In this document: one piece after another, positions 1 through 9,763 of the stretch
How the letters are laid out: each line of letters begins with the position of its first letter
How positions within the stretch are numbered: the first letter of the stretch is position 1
Assembly: GCA_963718665.1 (NCBI GenBank)
Contig: OY970359.1
Span: 2,144,001-2,208,000, forward strand
Length of the DNA: 64,000 nucleotides
From: an uncultured Phycisphaerales bacterium
GTDB taxonomy: Bacteria > Planctomycetota > Phycisphaerae > Sedimentisphaerales > Anaerobacaceae
Direction: 5' to 3'
Program-made: the position numbers and the translations under genes
The notes under the pieces: model-generated
What the model saw: only the letters and a program-made list of their open reading frames with translations
The model's database searches: none
Told to the model about the DNA's origin: nothing

Positions 1-348
1 CTCAACGAGGATTTTACCGTTGCATACGTCTTCGGGAGTGATAATGGTGCCTTCCGGAACGATATTGATGATGGTTGCCCGGCCTTCGACTTCGGATTTG
101 AGGTCGATAGTTTTTTGTGCCTTAATACTGCCGCTTTCGGTGACGGTAACAGTAAGGTTGTCTCGGCGAGCGACGAAAGTGCTGAGAGTTTTGGACTGTG
201 CAGACGTGGAGGTTTTGCTTGCGGCCAGAGTCATAATCAGCATCGCTATAATAACGATGACTAAACCGGCGGCGATAAACCATTTGCTCCGCCACCATGC
301 CGGCTTAGAGGTTGTTTTCGGAAGATTGTTTGCCTTGTTCTCGTTCAT
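1..348 (-). CDS. Efflux periplasmic adaptor (HlyD/MFP family), 3'-partial (runs off window start)
   Basis: Not in ORF track; manual translation from ATG at 348: MNENKANNLP...WFIAAGLVIVIIAMLIMTLAA...TFVARRDNLTVTVTESGSIKAQKTIDLKSEVEG...IVPEGTIITPEDV. Clearly similar to the N-terminus of the protein at 33399; overlaps the end of the TolC gene. Confidence 0.85.
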   Translation of the reverse strand, partial: MNENKANNLPKTTSKPAWWRSKWFIAAGLVIVIIAMLIMTLAASKTSTSAQSKTLSTFVARRDNLTVTVTESGSIKAQKTIDLKSEVEGRATIINIVPEGTIITPEDVCNGKILVE

Positions 349-1984
349 TTACCTGTTCCTTGGATACTATGGATTGCGTCCACATTCCGTCTGGTTTGAC
401 CTGCAATATGCCGACATCGCTGTAGAAAGTTAGTTTGGCGATTGTGTGGCCCACCAGCGCTGAAGTAAGGTCGTTTTGTGCCAGCAGCAGCGCGTCCTGA
501 GCATCAAGCAGGTCTGTGGTTTTTGCTCTGCCTGACTTCAGCAACAATGGCATATTTTTAACTCTTTCCTCGGCTAATGCCAAGCTTTTTTCCTGGGTAA
601 TGAACTCTTCTGCCGTTGCCATTAATTGACGGTAATCCTGGCGGACGCTCTGCACAACTGAGTCAACGCTCTGGCTGTATGCCCGCTGCTGTTGTTCTAA
701 TGTTATCAACGCCTGCCTGTAGGTGTTTCGCTGGTTTTTCCTGTCAAAGGGCAAATCGGCGGAGAGCCCCCAATTGTAAGTTCCCTTGTGAAATTGGAAG
801 TTGTCTATATGTGCGTTGCCCTGTGAGTTGACATTTGCGCTGCCGGTAAGGTCGAGCTGTGGGCCAAGCCCTTCGGCGGCGAGCTTGACGGTACGTTGAG
901 CGTCATCGACAGCATCCGCGGAATTGGCTAAATCCAGTCGGCATCTAAGCGCAGTTTCGATTGCGTCATCAATCGAGAATGGAGGTTTGGTTGTGCCGTA
1001 GTTTTGCAGCGCTTTAAGTTCATTCTGGTCCAGCTCAAGCGGATTATTGACCGGCAATGACAACATGATTTTAAATGAATCAAGAGATTGTTCGTATAGT
1101 TGAATGGTTATTATATAGTTATCATAAGCGGTTAGTTCTCGCTGCCTGGCCTGGTCAACTTCGTAAGGAGCTGTTCGCCCGGTTTTGGCCTCCATTTCCG
1201 CCTGTTTTCGGTATTCGACGCTGCTGTTCCAGTTGTTCTTCGCGTTGGTTACGCCGTCCTTATTTTGCAGGACGCCGTAATAAGCGTTGATGGTATTAAC
1301 TACAAAGGTCTGGCGATATCGGTTGAACGTGCGTATCTGGTATAAAACATTCCGCTCCGCTTGTGTTAGTTCCTCCCATGCTGCTTTACCGCCGCCGTTG
1401 CCAAGCAAGGGTATGTCCAGTGTGCCGCTCAAAACGCCGCTCAACGTAGTGCGCGGGTCGCCTGTTAAAAATCTTGCCCAGTCAAATACCAAACTGGTGT
1501 TTAACAAGATTCCATCTGGCGTCAGGAATGTTTTTGAAGTACCGACCTCCGATTTGATAGTTCTGTCCTCAGGCGAACTGCCGTTTTTCGTGTATTCGTA
1601 ATCGATAGTTCCAAACCACTTCAAGGCATATTTGTAACGCTCCCCTGTTAGTGCTAAAGCTTGCAAATAAAGGTTTTCTTTTTGGAACTGATAGTCCCGA
1701 TTGTATTTTGTGGCTATGGCGACTGCCTGTGCCAGTGTGAGGGGCTCTTCAAAAACCGGGGTTTTGGCAACATTCACGTCGTTGGGGGTGGATATGGTGT
1801 TTGCGTCGGAAATGACATAGTTGACTTTTTGGCCGAAATTATTCTGCCACTTGGCATCGATGATTTTGTAAACTTCCTTGTCGGCGTCGGCTTTGTGAAA
1901 ATCAGGGCTGCACCCCGTGACCATTGCCAAGACAATGGTCATTAGAGCACAAACCGCAAAGACCGACTGAAATTTGCTCATCAC
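305..1984 (-). CDS. TolC-family outer membrane efflux lipoprotein
   Basis: Lipobox-like 'MVTGC', helical OEP repeats, 'DLLDAQDALLLAQNDLTSAL'; upstream of HlyD-family gene. Confidence 0.85.
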   Translation of the reverse strand: MMSKFQSVFAVCALMTIVLAMVTGCSPDFHKADADKEVYKIIDAKWQNNFGQKVNYVISDANTISTPNDVNVAKTPVFEEPLTLAQAVAIATKYNRDYQFQKENLYLQALALTGERYKYALKWFGTIDYEYTKNGSSPEDRTIKSEVGTSKTFLTPDGILLNTSLVFDWARFLTGDPRTTLSGVLSGTLDIPLLGNGGGKAAWEELTQAERNVLYQIRTFNRYRQTFVVNTINAYYGVLQNKDGVTNAKNNWNSSVEYRKQAEMEAKTGRTAPYEVDQARQRELTAYDNYIITIQLYEQSLDSFKIMLSLPVNNPLELDQNELKALQNYGTTKPPFSIDDAIETALRCRLDLANSADAVDDAQRTVKLAAEGLGPQLDLTGSANVNSQGNAHIDNFQFHKGTYNWGLSADLPFDRKNQRNTYRQALITLEQQQRAYSQSVDSVVQSVRQDYRQLMATAEEFITQEKSLALAEERVKNMPLLLKSGRAKTTDLLDAQDALLLAQNDLTSALVGHTIAKLTFYSDVGILQVKPDGMWTQSIVSKEQVNEREQGKQSSENNL

Positions 1985-2326
1985 CTATACCTCGCTCAAT
2001 TGGCCTTCCATGACCCAAAGTGTGTATTTGCAATTATACCAAAAATAGATGCCTGATTAAAGCCCTATAATCACTACATTTGCCTGTTAAGAGGCAGAAA
2101 CTATACAGATTTTGCTGGTTGTATGCCCTGTATCGATTGGTTTTATTGGGTCGTCAAAGGAAAACAACCTGCCCGATTAGTTGGTTACGGCGTTTCTCAA
2201 GCGAGGTATGTTTCGGAAAATTGCCGATATTACCGGGGTCATTCTTAATTTACGGCAAGTTTCTTAAGATAGAGGAGATAGTCTCGATAATGATGTGTTG
2301 AGGGCTGTGGTAATTCACCCAAACAG

Positions 2327-2412
2327 ATGGCACAGAGTTTGTCCCGCAGCGAGAGGACAGTGGAATTTCACCGTAACCGGCTTATGCGAAAGATGGGCGC
2401 GCATAATGCGGC
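2327..2412 (+). pseudogene. LuxR/NarL-type HTH fragment
   Basis: 'QMAQSLSRSERTVEFHRNRLMRKMGAHNAA' matches the LuxR recognition helix pattern (IA..L..S..TVE.HR..LM.KL); no intact upstream domain. Confidence 0.55.
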
Positions 2413-2466
2413 GAAGCAGGGCCTGCCCTTCGTAGTTTTAACGAAAAAGGGTGTAACCTGGGGAAC

Positions 2467-2571
2467 TTACACCAGACCTGCCCTCTTGGCTCTTTTTGCG
2501 GCGCGTTTTTCTTCTAATGTTCTTTGAGGTTTCTTTTTGACGCTCTTTTTTACATCATGACCTTTAGACAT
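2467..2571 (-). CDS. Small basic 34-aa protein MSKGHDVKKSVKKKPQRTLEEKRAAKRAKRAGLV
   Basis: Below ORF-track cutoff; ATG preceded by AAGGAAAGGA SD-like sequence; K/R-rich. Confidence 0.65.
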   Translation of the reverse strand: MSKGHDVKKSVKKKPQRTLEEKRAAKRAKRAGLV

Positions 2572-2722
2572 AAAATATCCTTTCCTTTATTACGCCGCAT
2601 TATATTATGCGGGCGATTTTGCCGTTTAATATTACGGCTTTCGCGGTGACAAGACAAGTCCAAAACGTAGTAAATATAACGACCGATTGACTGTCCTTGG
2701 CTAATCGACTAAAGTAACCGTT

Positions 2723-3789
2723 ATGGCTGTCAAACCTGATAAAACGCAGGGCGCATTGCGCGGAAAGCGGGACGCAAAGCCCCGCCTTATCGCCTTTGAA
2801 ATAACCAGGCGATGCCGGTATAACTGCAAACACTGCCGGGCGAGCACGGGCCTGCGGGCGGTTCGGAGCTTACAACCAAACAGTGCAAAAAAATAATCGC
2901 CTCAATCGCCGAGTTCGCCAAACCAATCCTGATATTGACGGGCGGCGAGCCGATGGAACGCCCGGATTTGTATGAGATTATCGAATACGCCAAAGAAAAA
3001 GGCCTTCGCGTTGTGATGGCGACCTGCGGCTATCTTCTCGATGATGATTCGATGATCAAACTCAAAAAAGCCGGCGTTTCGGCACTGTCCTTCAGTATTG
3101 ACGGCGCCAATGCCGAAACCCACGACCATTTCCGCGATACTACCGGGGCGTTTGATACGGTGATGCGTGCCGCTGAAATGGCCCGCAATGCGAAGATGCC
3201 TTTCCAGATAAATACGACGATACACAAGCAAAACGCCGGCGAAATCATCGGGATTGCCGAGCTTGCCAAACGTCTCGGTGCTATATGCTTCAACACCTTT
3301 ATGCTTGTCCCTACCGGCCGAGCTACGGAAATGGACGACGCCGTCCTTGACCCCATCCAGTACGAATATATCCTCAACGAGCTTCTGCGTATAAAATTAA
3401 AAAAAGAAATTGATGTCCGTGTTACCTGCGGCCCCGCGTTTGCCAGGATTTGCGAACAGGCAAAGGCGCGAGGGCTTGTCGCTGAAAGCGCGGGATGTAT
3501 GGGAGGCAAAGGGTTCGGCTTCATAAGCTTCAAAGGTGACGTCCAGACCTGCGGCTTCCTCGATATCCCGGCGGGCAATCTCGTTGATAACAGCTATAAC
3601 TTCACAAAAATCTGGCGCGAATCGAAATTTCTCAACGAAATACGCGACACCGCCAGGTTTGAAGGCAAATGCGGCGAGTGCGAATACGTCGAGGTTTGCG
3701 GCGGCTGCAAAGCCAGGGCAATGGCTATGATGGGTAATTACCTGGCCGGTGACCCCATCTGCGGATATGTGCCTAAACGGAGGCGCTGA
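2723..3789 (+). CDS. ahbD: Radical SAM/SPASM protein, AhbD (heme b synthase)-like; apparent 1-nt frameshift near 2848-2850
   Basis: Frame from ATG 2723 carries LIAFEITRRCRYNCKHCRA (CX3CX2C); the other frame carries ELTTKQC...LTGGEP and SPASM cysteines (CMGG...QTCG...CGECEY..VCGGC...C); adjacent to ahbAB. Confidence 0.7.
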
Positions 3790-3791
3790 CA

Positions 3792-4751
3792 ATGAGCAAC
3801 CTTTCAGCGTTTGATAAGTGGCTGTGTAATGAGCTGCAAATGGGGTTGCCGATAGCCGAAAGACCATTCGCGATAATCGCCAGGATTCTCAAAAGTAACG
3901 AAGCAAAAGTCCTCAAACGCACCCGGGTGCTCGTTAAACTCGGCGTAATCAGACGCCTCGGCGTGTCGATAAACTGGCGTGTGATTGGCAAGGCAAGCAC
4001 ACTTGTTGCGGCTCATATCGAGCAGGAAGATTTGAAAAAGGTTATCTTTGCTGTTAATAAGTTTAAAGGCGTATCGCATAATTACCTCCGCGAACATCAT
4101 TACAATCTCTGGTTTACCCTGCGGGCCGATTCGCAAAAGGATATTAAAACTATTTTGGAAAAGTTGTCGAAGCGGTTTGGAATTACATTCAATAGTTTGC
4201 CCGTTGAAAGAATTTTCAAATTGGATGCGCGTTTCGATGCGGCAAGTGAAGGAAAGCGATTGTTGCCGGAAAGCAGAAGACAGAGGACAGAAGACAGAGG
4301 ACGGAGAACGATAAGCAAGATTGATGAGCGGATATTAGAGGGATTGCAGGGGGGATTGAAAGTAGTTAAACGACCGTTCAATTTTCTCGGTAAAGATGCG
4401 TTTGAAAATTACGATAGTTTGCTGCATATCGCAGAAATGATTGACGAGGGGATAATCAATCGTCTTGGGGCGATGGTAAATCATAATAAACTGGGCTTTA
4501 CCGCCAACGCTATGTTTGCTTGCGAAGCAAAAAAATCGCGGGCGATTGAAATCGGCGAAAAATTAGCTGCCCTGAGGATTGTAAGTCATTGCTACGAGCG
4601 GAAGAAGTTTAAGGACTGGCCTTATAATATCTTCGCGATGATGCACGGCAGTAATATGGGGGATATTCGAAAAGTGGTAGATAGATTTGTGAAAAAAGAG
4701 GGGATAGATTCATGTTCGGTTTTGCCGACAGCGGAAAAGCTGAAGAAGTAG
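3792..4751 (+). CDS. ahbAB: Siroheme decarboxylase, fused AhbA-AhbB (NirDL-like, two Lrp/AsnC-like halves)
   Basis: LQ.GLP...RPF and VSHNYLR...YNLWFT in first half; LQGGL....RPF and VSHCYER...WPYNIFAMMH in second half. Confidence 0.85.
   Translation: MSNLSAFDKWLCNELQMGLPIAERPFAIIARILKSNEAKVLKRTRVLVKLGVIRRLGVSINWRVIGKASTLVAAHIEQEDLKKVIFAVNKFKGVSHNYLREHHYNLWFTLRADSQKDIKTILEKLSKRFGITFNSLPVERIFKLDARFDAASEGKRLLPESRRQRTEDRGRRTISKIDERILEGLQGGLKVVKRPFNFLGKDAFENYDSLLHIAEMIDEGIINRLGAMVNHNKLGFTANAMFACEAKKSRAIEIGEKLAALRIVSHCYERKKFKDWPYNIFAMMHGSNMGDIRKVVDRFVKKEGIDSCSVLPTAEKLKK
4274..4308 (+). repeat. Heptamer tandem repeat (CAGAAGA/CAGAGGA x5) inside ahbAB linker
   Basis: cagaaga cagagga cagaaga cagagga cggagaa. 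Confidence 0.8.
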
Positions 4752-4803
4752 AAGACAGATGACCGCGGGCAGGAAATGGGGTTAAACGATGCGGGAGAAT
4801 GGT

Positions 4804-4831
4804 TTGACCTGTCGGCAAGGGGGGATATAAT
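4804..4831 (+). promoter_or_regulatory. Putative sigma70 promoter of coaD
   Basis: TTGACC-N16-TATAAT. Confidence 0.55.
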
Positions 4832-4856
4832 ACCAAATTTGAGTTAGGATAAGATT

Positions 4857-5348
4857 ATGGGCGGTAAAATTGTGCGGGCGATTTTTCCGGGGTCTTTTGA
4901 CCCCATTACCAACGGGCATTTGGACGTAATAAACCGGGGTATGAAGCTTTTTGATGAGCTGATAGTAGCTGTCGGCAAAAGCCCCCTGAAAGACCAGCTT
5001 TTCACTCCTGAGCAGCGCGTTGAAATGATAACGGAGCTTATAAAGGATATGCCCGGCGTGTCCGTGGAGGGTTTCGACGGGCTGACGGTGGAATATGCCC
5101 GGCAGAAAAAGGCCAACGTGATTTTACGTGGTCTGCGAAGCTTGACGGACGTGAATTATGAGTTCGAGCTTGCGATGACAAACCGGTCTGTTACGGGTAT
5201 AGAGACGATATTTGTAATGACGACCGAGCAATACGGCTTTATCAGCTCGACGCTGGTTCGTCAGGTGGCGTCGCTTGGGGGCGATATATCGAATCTCGTG
5301 CCCGAAAATGTGTATCGCCGGCTGAGAGAACGATTCAAGAAACAATAG
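4857..5348 (+). CDS. coaD: Phosphopantetheine adenylyltransferase
   Basis: FPGSFDPITNGHLD, RGLR, ISST motifs. Confidence 0.97.
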   Translation: MGGKIVRAIFPGSFDPITNGHLDVINRGMKLFDELIVAVGKSPLKDQLFTPEQRVEMITELIKDMPGVSVEGFDGLTVEYARQKKANVILRGLRSLTDVNYEFELAMTNRSVTGIETIFVMTTEQYGFISSTLVRQVASLGGDISNLVPENVYRRLRERFKKQ

Positions 5349-5439
5349 CAAAAGTGGCGAAAATGATTAGGTACGACGGTTGAGGCGTAATATCGCCTCG
5401 AAATACCATTTTTTTGCGGTTTTGAGTGGAGGTATAGCT

Positions 5440-5808
5440 TTGTTTACGGTTGGTATCGAGACACAATTCAAGGCCTGGCACAGCATTCCTTTGCCGGACG
5501 GAACCAAAGAGCCCGAACATGAGCATTTCTGGGCGGTTGAGGTTGAGGTCCGCGGTGATGCGCCCAGTAAAGGCGGTATGGTGATAAATTTCGCGCAGCT
5601 CAAGAGCCGGCTTTTGGATGTTACCGCAAAACTAAACGAAACCGTGTTAAATGAGTCGGATTATTTCAAGGACAAATGCCCATCGGCGGAAAACGTCGCG
5701 GTGTATATTTTTGACCGCCTTGAATCAACTCTGCCGGATAATGTTCGGCTTAAGAGCATCAGAGTAAGCGAACAAGTGGGCTGCTGGGCGATTTACAGCA
5801 AAGAATAG
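5440..5808 (+). CDS. 6-pyruvoyl/6-carboxy-tetrahydropterin synthase family (QueD/PTPS-like)
   Basis: F.A.H...HEH.W.VEV, 'LNE', 'PSAENVA..IF', 'VSE'; TTG start at 5440 after GGAGG. Confidence 0.85.
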   Translation: MFTVGIETQFKAWHSIPLPDGTKEPEHEHFWAVEVEVRGDAPSKGGMVINFAQLKSRLLDVTAKLNETVLNESDYFKDKCPSAENVAVYIFDRLESTLPDNVRLKSIRVSEQVGCWAIYSKE

Positions 5809-5910
5809 CGGGCAAGGCAGATAGTCAGGATGCATATTACGGAGGGCGGGGAAATTGACGATTATATCTGTGTCAGTATGGTATAATAATCAGGTTAAAT
5901 CGAGGTATTT

Positions 5911-6405
5911 ATGCAGTGTGAGGTTTGCCAGAGTAAGGAAGCGACGATACACCTGACGGAAATAGCCGACGGCGTCAGGACGGAGATGCATCTTTGCGAG
6001 CAGTGTGCGCAGGAGCAAGGGGTCGGAACGAAAAGCTATATCCCGCTCAACGAGCTTTTGAGCAACCTGCTTTCGGTAGGTTCCAAGGGTGAAGAGCCGG
6101 CCCAGCCCAGCGCCGATGAGCAGGTATGCCCTAACTGCGGCTACACGCTGGATAAATTCCAGGAGAAGGCGGTCCTCGGCTGCCCGAATGATTACGAGGT
6201 TTTCGAGAAACAGCTTTCGCCGCTGATAAAAAAGGCACACGACGGCGCTACGTGCCACTGCGGCAAAGTTCCGGCGAATGCGCCCTCCGACTCGAAAAAA
6301 CAGCTTGAGATTGCGCAGTTGCGCCAGCAATTGGATGAGGCGGTGCGAAAAGAAGATTACGAGCTTGCCGCGAAATTGCGGGACAAGCTTGCTGAGTTTA
6401 AATAA
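5911..6405 (+). CDS. mcsA: Protein-arginine kinase activator McsA
   Basis: CxxC motifs plus C-terminal UVR motif (EDYELAAKLRD); upstream of mcsB. Confidence 0.92.
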   Translation: MQCEVCQSKEATIHLTEIADGVRTEMHLCEQCAQEQGVGTKSYIPLNELLSNLLSVGSKGEEPAQPSADEQVCPNCGYTLDKFQEKAVLGCPNDYEVFEKQLSPLIKKAHDGATCHCGKVPANAPSDSKKQLEIAQLRQQLDEAVRKEDYELAAKLRDKLAEFK

Positions 6406-6419
6406 CGTGTTTTATCGCA

Positions 6420-7544
6420 ATGAAACTTACTGAAATAAGCGGGAATATCAACGAGTGGTTTAGCGGGGAAGGGCCTCTCTCGGACGTGGTGATTTCCTCA
6501 CGAGTTCGCCTGGCGCGAAACCTCGCGGGGCACAGGTTCCTGGCCACGTGCCCGGCGACCGAAAAAGCGGAGATATTAAGAAAACTCAAAGACGTTTTAA
6601 TGGGAATCGACCTCGGCGACGAGGTGTTTTACATCGGCGTTGACAAAGTACCCGCGCTGGAAAAACGGTTCCTCGTCGAACGGCATCTCATCAGCCAGAA
6701 TCACGCCTTCGGCAAAGGTCCCCGCGGTGCGGTGATTGCAAGGCGTGAGTTTTTCACCGCGATGATTAACGAGGAAGACCACCTGCGCCTGCAGGTGCTA
6801 AAGGCCGGATGCCAGTTGCCCGCCTGCCTTGAACAGATTAATCGCATCGATGATATGATCGAGCAGAAGGTCGAATATGCCTTTAGTCCAAAATACGGTT
6901 ATCTTACCGCCTGCCCGACCAATATCGGGACGGGAATCAGGGTATCGGTTATGCTGCATCTGCCCGCGCTGAAAATGACGGGCCAGATAGAAAAATTTCT
7001 CAACGCCACAAAATCGCTTGGGTTGGCGGTTCGCGGACTTTTCGGCGAAGGCACCGAGGCGGCGGGCGATTTTTATCAGCTCTCCAACCAGACAACTCTG
7101 GGCGTTCGCGAGAAAGATATTGTTACCCAGTTCGAAAAAACGATTATCCCGGAAATTGTCGAATATGAGCACGCGGCCCGCAGCCAGCTGCTCTCGCACG
7201 AGTCCAGTTTGCTCGACGACAAAATATCGCGTGCGCTTGCCTTGTTGAAAAACGCCAATTTGATTAGCTCACAAGAGGCGTTGTTTTTGCTCAGTCACAT
7301 TCGGCTTGGGCTTAATATGCATAAGCATCAGGGGGCATCGACGCCCGCAATCGACCGGCTTTGCTCGCTGGGAAACGATATTGGCAGCGCAGGCACAAGC
7401 GACCGGCTGTCGATTGCCACGGTAAATCGCCTGTTTTTGCTGACGCTTCCCGCCCATCTGCAGCTCAACTACGGCAAAGAGCTTGATTCCACCCACCGCG
7501 ACGCCCTCCGCGCCCAGATTATTCGTTCAGCCCTCAACGGTTAA
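6420..7544 (+). CDS. mcsB: Protein arginine kinase McsB
   Basis: SSRVRLARNL, NEEDHLR, GYLTACPTNIGTG, QLSNQ motifs. Confidence 0.95.
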   Translation: MKLTEISGNINEWFSGEGPLSDVVISSRVRLARNLAGHRFLATCPATEKAEILRKLKDVLMGIDLGDEVFYIGVDKVPALEKRFLVERHLISQNHAFGKGPRGAVIARREFFTAMINEEDHLRLQVLKAGCQLPACLEQINRIDDMIEQKVEYAFSPKYGYLTACPTNIGTGIRVSVMLHLPALKMTGQIEKFLNATKSLGLAVRGLFGEGTEAAGDFYQLSNQTTLGVREKDIVTQFEKTIIPEIVEYEHAARSQLLSHESSLLDDKISRALALLKNANLISSQEALFLLSHIRLGLNMHKHQGASTPAIDRLCSLGNDIGSAGTSDRLSIATVNRLFLLTLPAHLQLNYGKELDSTHRDALRAQIIRSALNG

Positions 7545-7670
7545 GCGGTGTCCCTGACTGCCGTTAGCGTCTGCCAAAATGGCAAAAGCACATACGCCCC
7601 TCATTTGTTCGATAACCGTAACTCCTTTGTTTTAATGCCGTTATGATATATTGGCCTTCGGCTGGGCCTT

Positions 7671-7686
7671 TGGCACGGCGTTTGCA
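7671..7686 (+). promoter_or_regulatory. sigma54 (-24/-12) promoter upstream of dnaK
   Basis: TGGCAC-GGCGT-TTGCA, matches TGGCAC-N5-TTGCW. Confidence 0.7.
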
Positions 7687-7744
7687 CTTTTAAGTTAGAA
7701 GCAATTATGTTACCAATACGCGATAAATAGAAAGGGAGTTAAAT

Positions 7745-9700
7745 ATGGCTACGAACAAAATAATAGGAATTGATTTGGGGACGACAAACTCGGTGGTTGC
7801 CGTAATGGAAGGCAATTCGCCGAAGGTACTGATTAACTCATCCGGCTCACGACTGACGCCCTCGGTTGTCGGTTTTACCGACAAGGGTGAACGATTAGTC
7901 GGCCAGATTGCAAAACACCAGCAGGTAACCAATCCTGAACACACGGTTTTCTCAATCAAACGGTTTATGGGCAGACGCCACAACGAGGTCGGGTCCGAGG
8001 AAAAGATAGTGCCTTATAAAATTGTAGGTGGCGCCGATGAGCTGGTAAAGGTCAACGTCCGCGGCAAGGAATACACGCCGCCTGAGATATCGGCGATGAT
8101 TTTGCAGGATTTGAAAAAGACGGCGGAAGATTACCTCGGCGAGAGCGTTGAGCGGGCGGTCATTACCGTGCCGGCGTATTTCAATGACGCGCAAAGACAG
8201 GCGACCAAAGACGCGGGGGCAATCGCTGGCCTGAAGGTCGAGCGGATTATCAATGAGCCGACTGCAGCAGCCCTTGCTTACGGCGTTGAGAAAAAGCGAA
8301 ATGAAAAAGTCGCCGTGTTCGATTTCGGCGGCGGCACATTCGATATTTCAATCCTCGATATAGGCGACAACGTCTTCGAGGTGCTGAGCACCAACGGCGA
8401 TACGCACTTAGGCGGGGACGACCTCGACGCAGTCCTTATCAATTACATCGCCGAGGAGTTCAGGAAGAAAGAAGGCATCGACCTTCGCAAAGACCCGATG
8501 TCGCATCAACGGCTCAAAGAAGCGGCGGAAAAGGCCAAGTGTGAATTGAGCAGCCAGGTGGAATCGACGGTGAACCTGCCGTTTATTACGGCGGACGCAT
8601 CGGGGCCCAAACATTTGCAGATGACGATTACACGCAGCAAGTTCGAGGCCCTTTGCGAGCCGGTATTCGACCGGCTGAAAAACCCCTGCCTCAAGGCGAT
8701 ACAGGACGCAAAACTTGCGACAAAGGACATCGCGGAAGTGCTGCTCGTCGGCGGCTCGACAAGAATCCCGATAGTCCAGCAGATTGCACGCGAGCTTTTC
8801 AAGAAAGAACCAAACAGGAGCTTGAATCCTGATGAGGTCGTCGCGATGGGTGCGGCTGTCCAGGGCGCGGTATTAGCGGGCGACACGGGCGTTAAAGATA
8901 TTCTTCTTCTGGATGTAACGCCTCTTTCACTGGGTGTTGAGACATTGGGCGGCGTTATGACAAAACTGATTGAACGCAACACAACGATACCGACGAGCAA
9001 GACCGAAATATTCTCAACCGCCGCGGATAATCAGACGACTGTTGATATTCACGTTTTGCAGGGTGAGCGCGAGTTTGCGCACGACAACCGTTCGCTGGGC
9101 AGGTTCCAGCTTGCAGGTTTGCCATCGTCGCCGAGAGGCATACCGCAGATTGAGGTTGCTTTCAACATCGACGCAAATGGCATTTTGAATGTATCTGCCA
9201 AGGACCTGGCGACAAACAAGCAGCAGTCGATTGAGATTAAATCCAGCTCAGGCATAAGCGACCAGGATATCGACCGGATGAAAAAGGACGCCGAATCACA
9301 TGCCGAGGACGACAAGAGGAAACGTGAGGTCGTGGATTTGAAGAACCAGGCAGACCAGCTTGTTTACGTTACCGAAAAAACGCTCAAAGAGCATGGCAGC
9401 AAGGTTTCAGGCGATACTCGCGGCAAAATCGAGAGTGCGGTCAATAATCTAAAGGAAGTCGTCAAGGGCGACAATGCCGACGCGATAAGAAAGGCGCTCG
9501 ATAACCTCAATAGCGCAAGTCAGGAATTAGGCAAAACGCTGTATGAGGAAGCCGCGAAGAAGACCGCGGGCGGCAAAGGCGCAGCAGGCCCGGCTCAACA
9601 GGATGCCCCGCCTCCTCCGCCTGCCGAAGGTGAAGTCCGCAGAAAAGGCGGCGACGATGACGTAATAGACGCGGAGTTCGAAGCAAAAGATAAAAAGTAA
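7745..9700 (+). CDS. dnaK: Chaperone DnaK (Hsp70)
   Basis: [27 protein letters not shown]-terminal VIDAEFE. Confidence 0.99.
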   Translation: MATNKIIGIDLGTTNSVVAVMEGNSPKVLINSSGSRLTPSVVGFTDKGERLVGQIAKHQQVTNPEHTVFSIKRFMGRRHNEVGSEEKIVPYKIVGGADELVKVNVRGKEYTPPEISAMILQDLKKTAEDYLGESVERAVITVPAYFNDAQRQATKDAGAIAGLKVERIINEPTAAALAYGVEKKRNEKVAVFDFGGGTFDISILDIGDNVFEVLSTNGDTHLGGDDLDAVLINYIAEEFRKKEGIDLRKDPMSHQRLKEAAEKAKCELSSQVESTVNLPFITADASGPKHLQMTITRSKFEALCEPVFDRLKNPCLKAIQDAKLATKDIAEVLLVGGSTRIPIVQQIARELFKKEPNRSLNPDEVVAMGAAVQGAVLAGDTGVKDILLLDVTPLSLGVETLGGVMTKLIERNTTIPTSKTEIFSTAADNQTTVDIHVLQGEREFAHDNRSLGRFQLAGLPSSPRGIPQIEVAFNIDANGILNVSAKDLATNKQQSIEIKSSSGISDQDIDRMKKDAESHAEDDKRKREVVDLKNQADQLVYVTEKTLKEHGSKVSGDTRGKIESAVNNLKEVVKGDNADAIRKALDNLNSASQELGKTLYEEAAKKTAGGKGAAGPAQQDAPPPPPAEGEVRRKGGDDDVIDAEFEAKDKK

Positions 9701-9725
9701 AAAGGTAAAAGTAAAAAGTATGAAT

Positions 9726-9763
9726 GAGCGCAGGTTTTTCGAAACTTGCGCTCTTTTTATTTT
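9726..9763 (+). terminator. Intrinsic terminator after dnaK
   Basis: GAGCGCAGGTTT-TTCG-AAACTTGCGCTC hairpin followed by T-tract. Confidence 0.8.

Noticed and set aside
7660..7700. CIRCE/HrcA operator before dnaK
   Set aside because: No TTAGCACTC-N9-GAGTGCTAA inverted repeat; the site matches a sigma54 promoter instead
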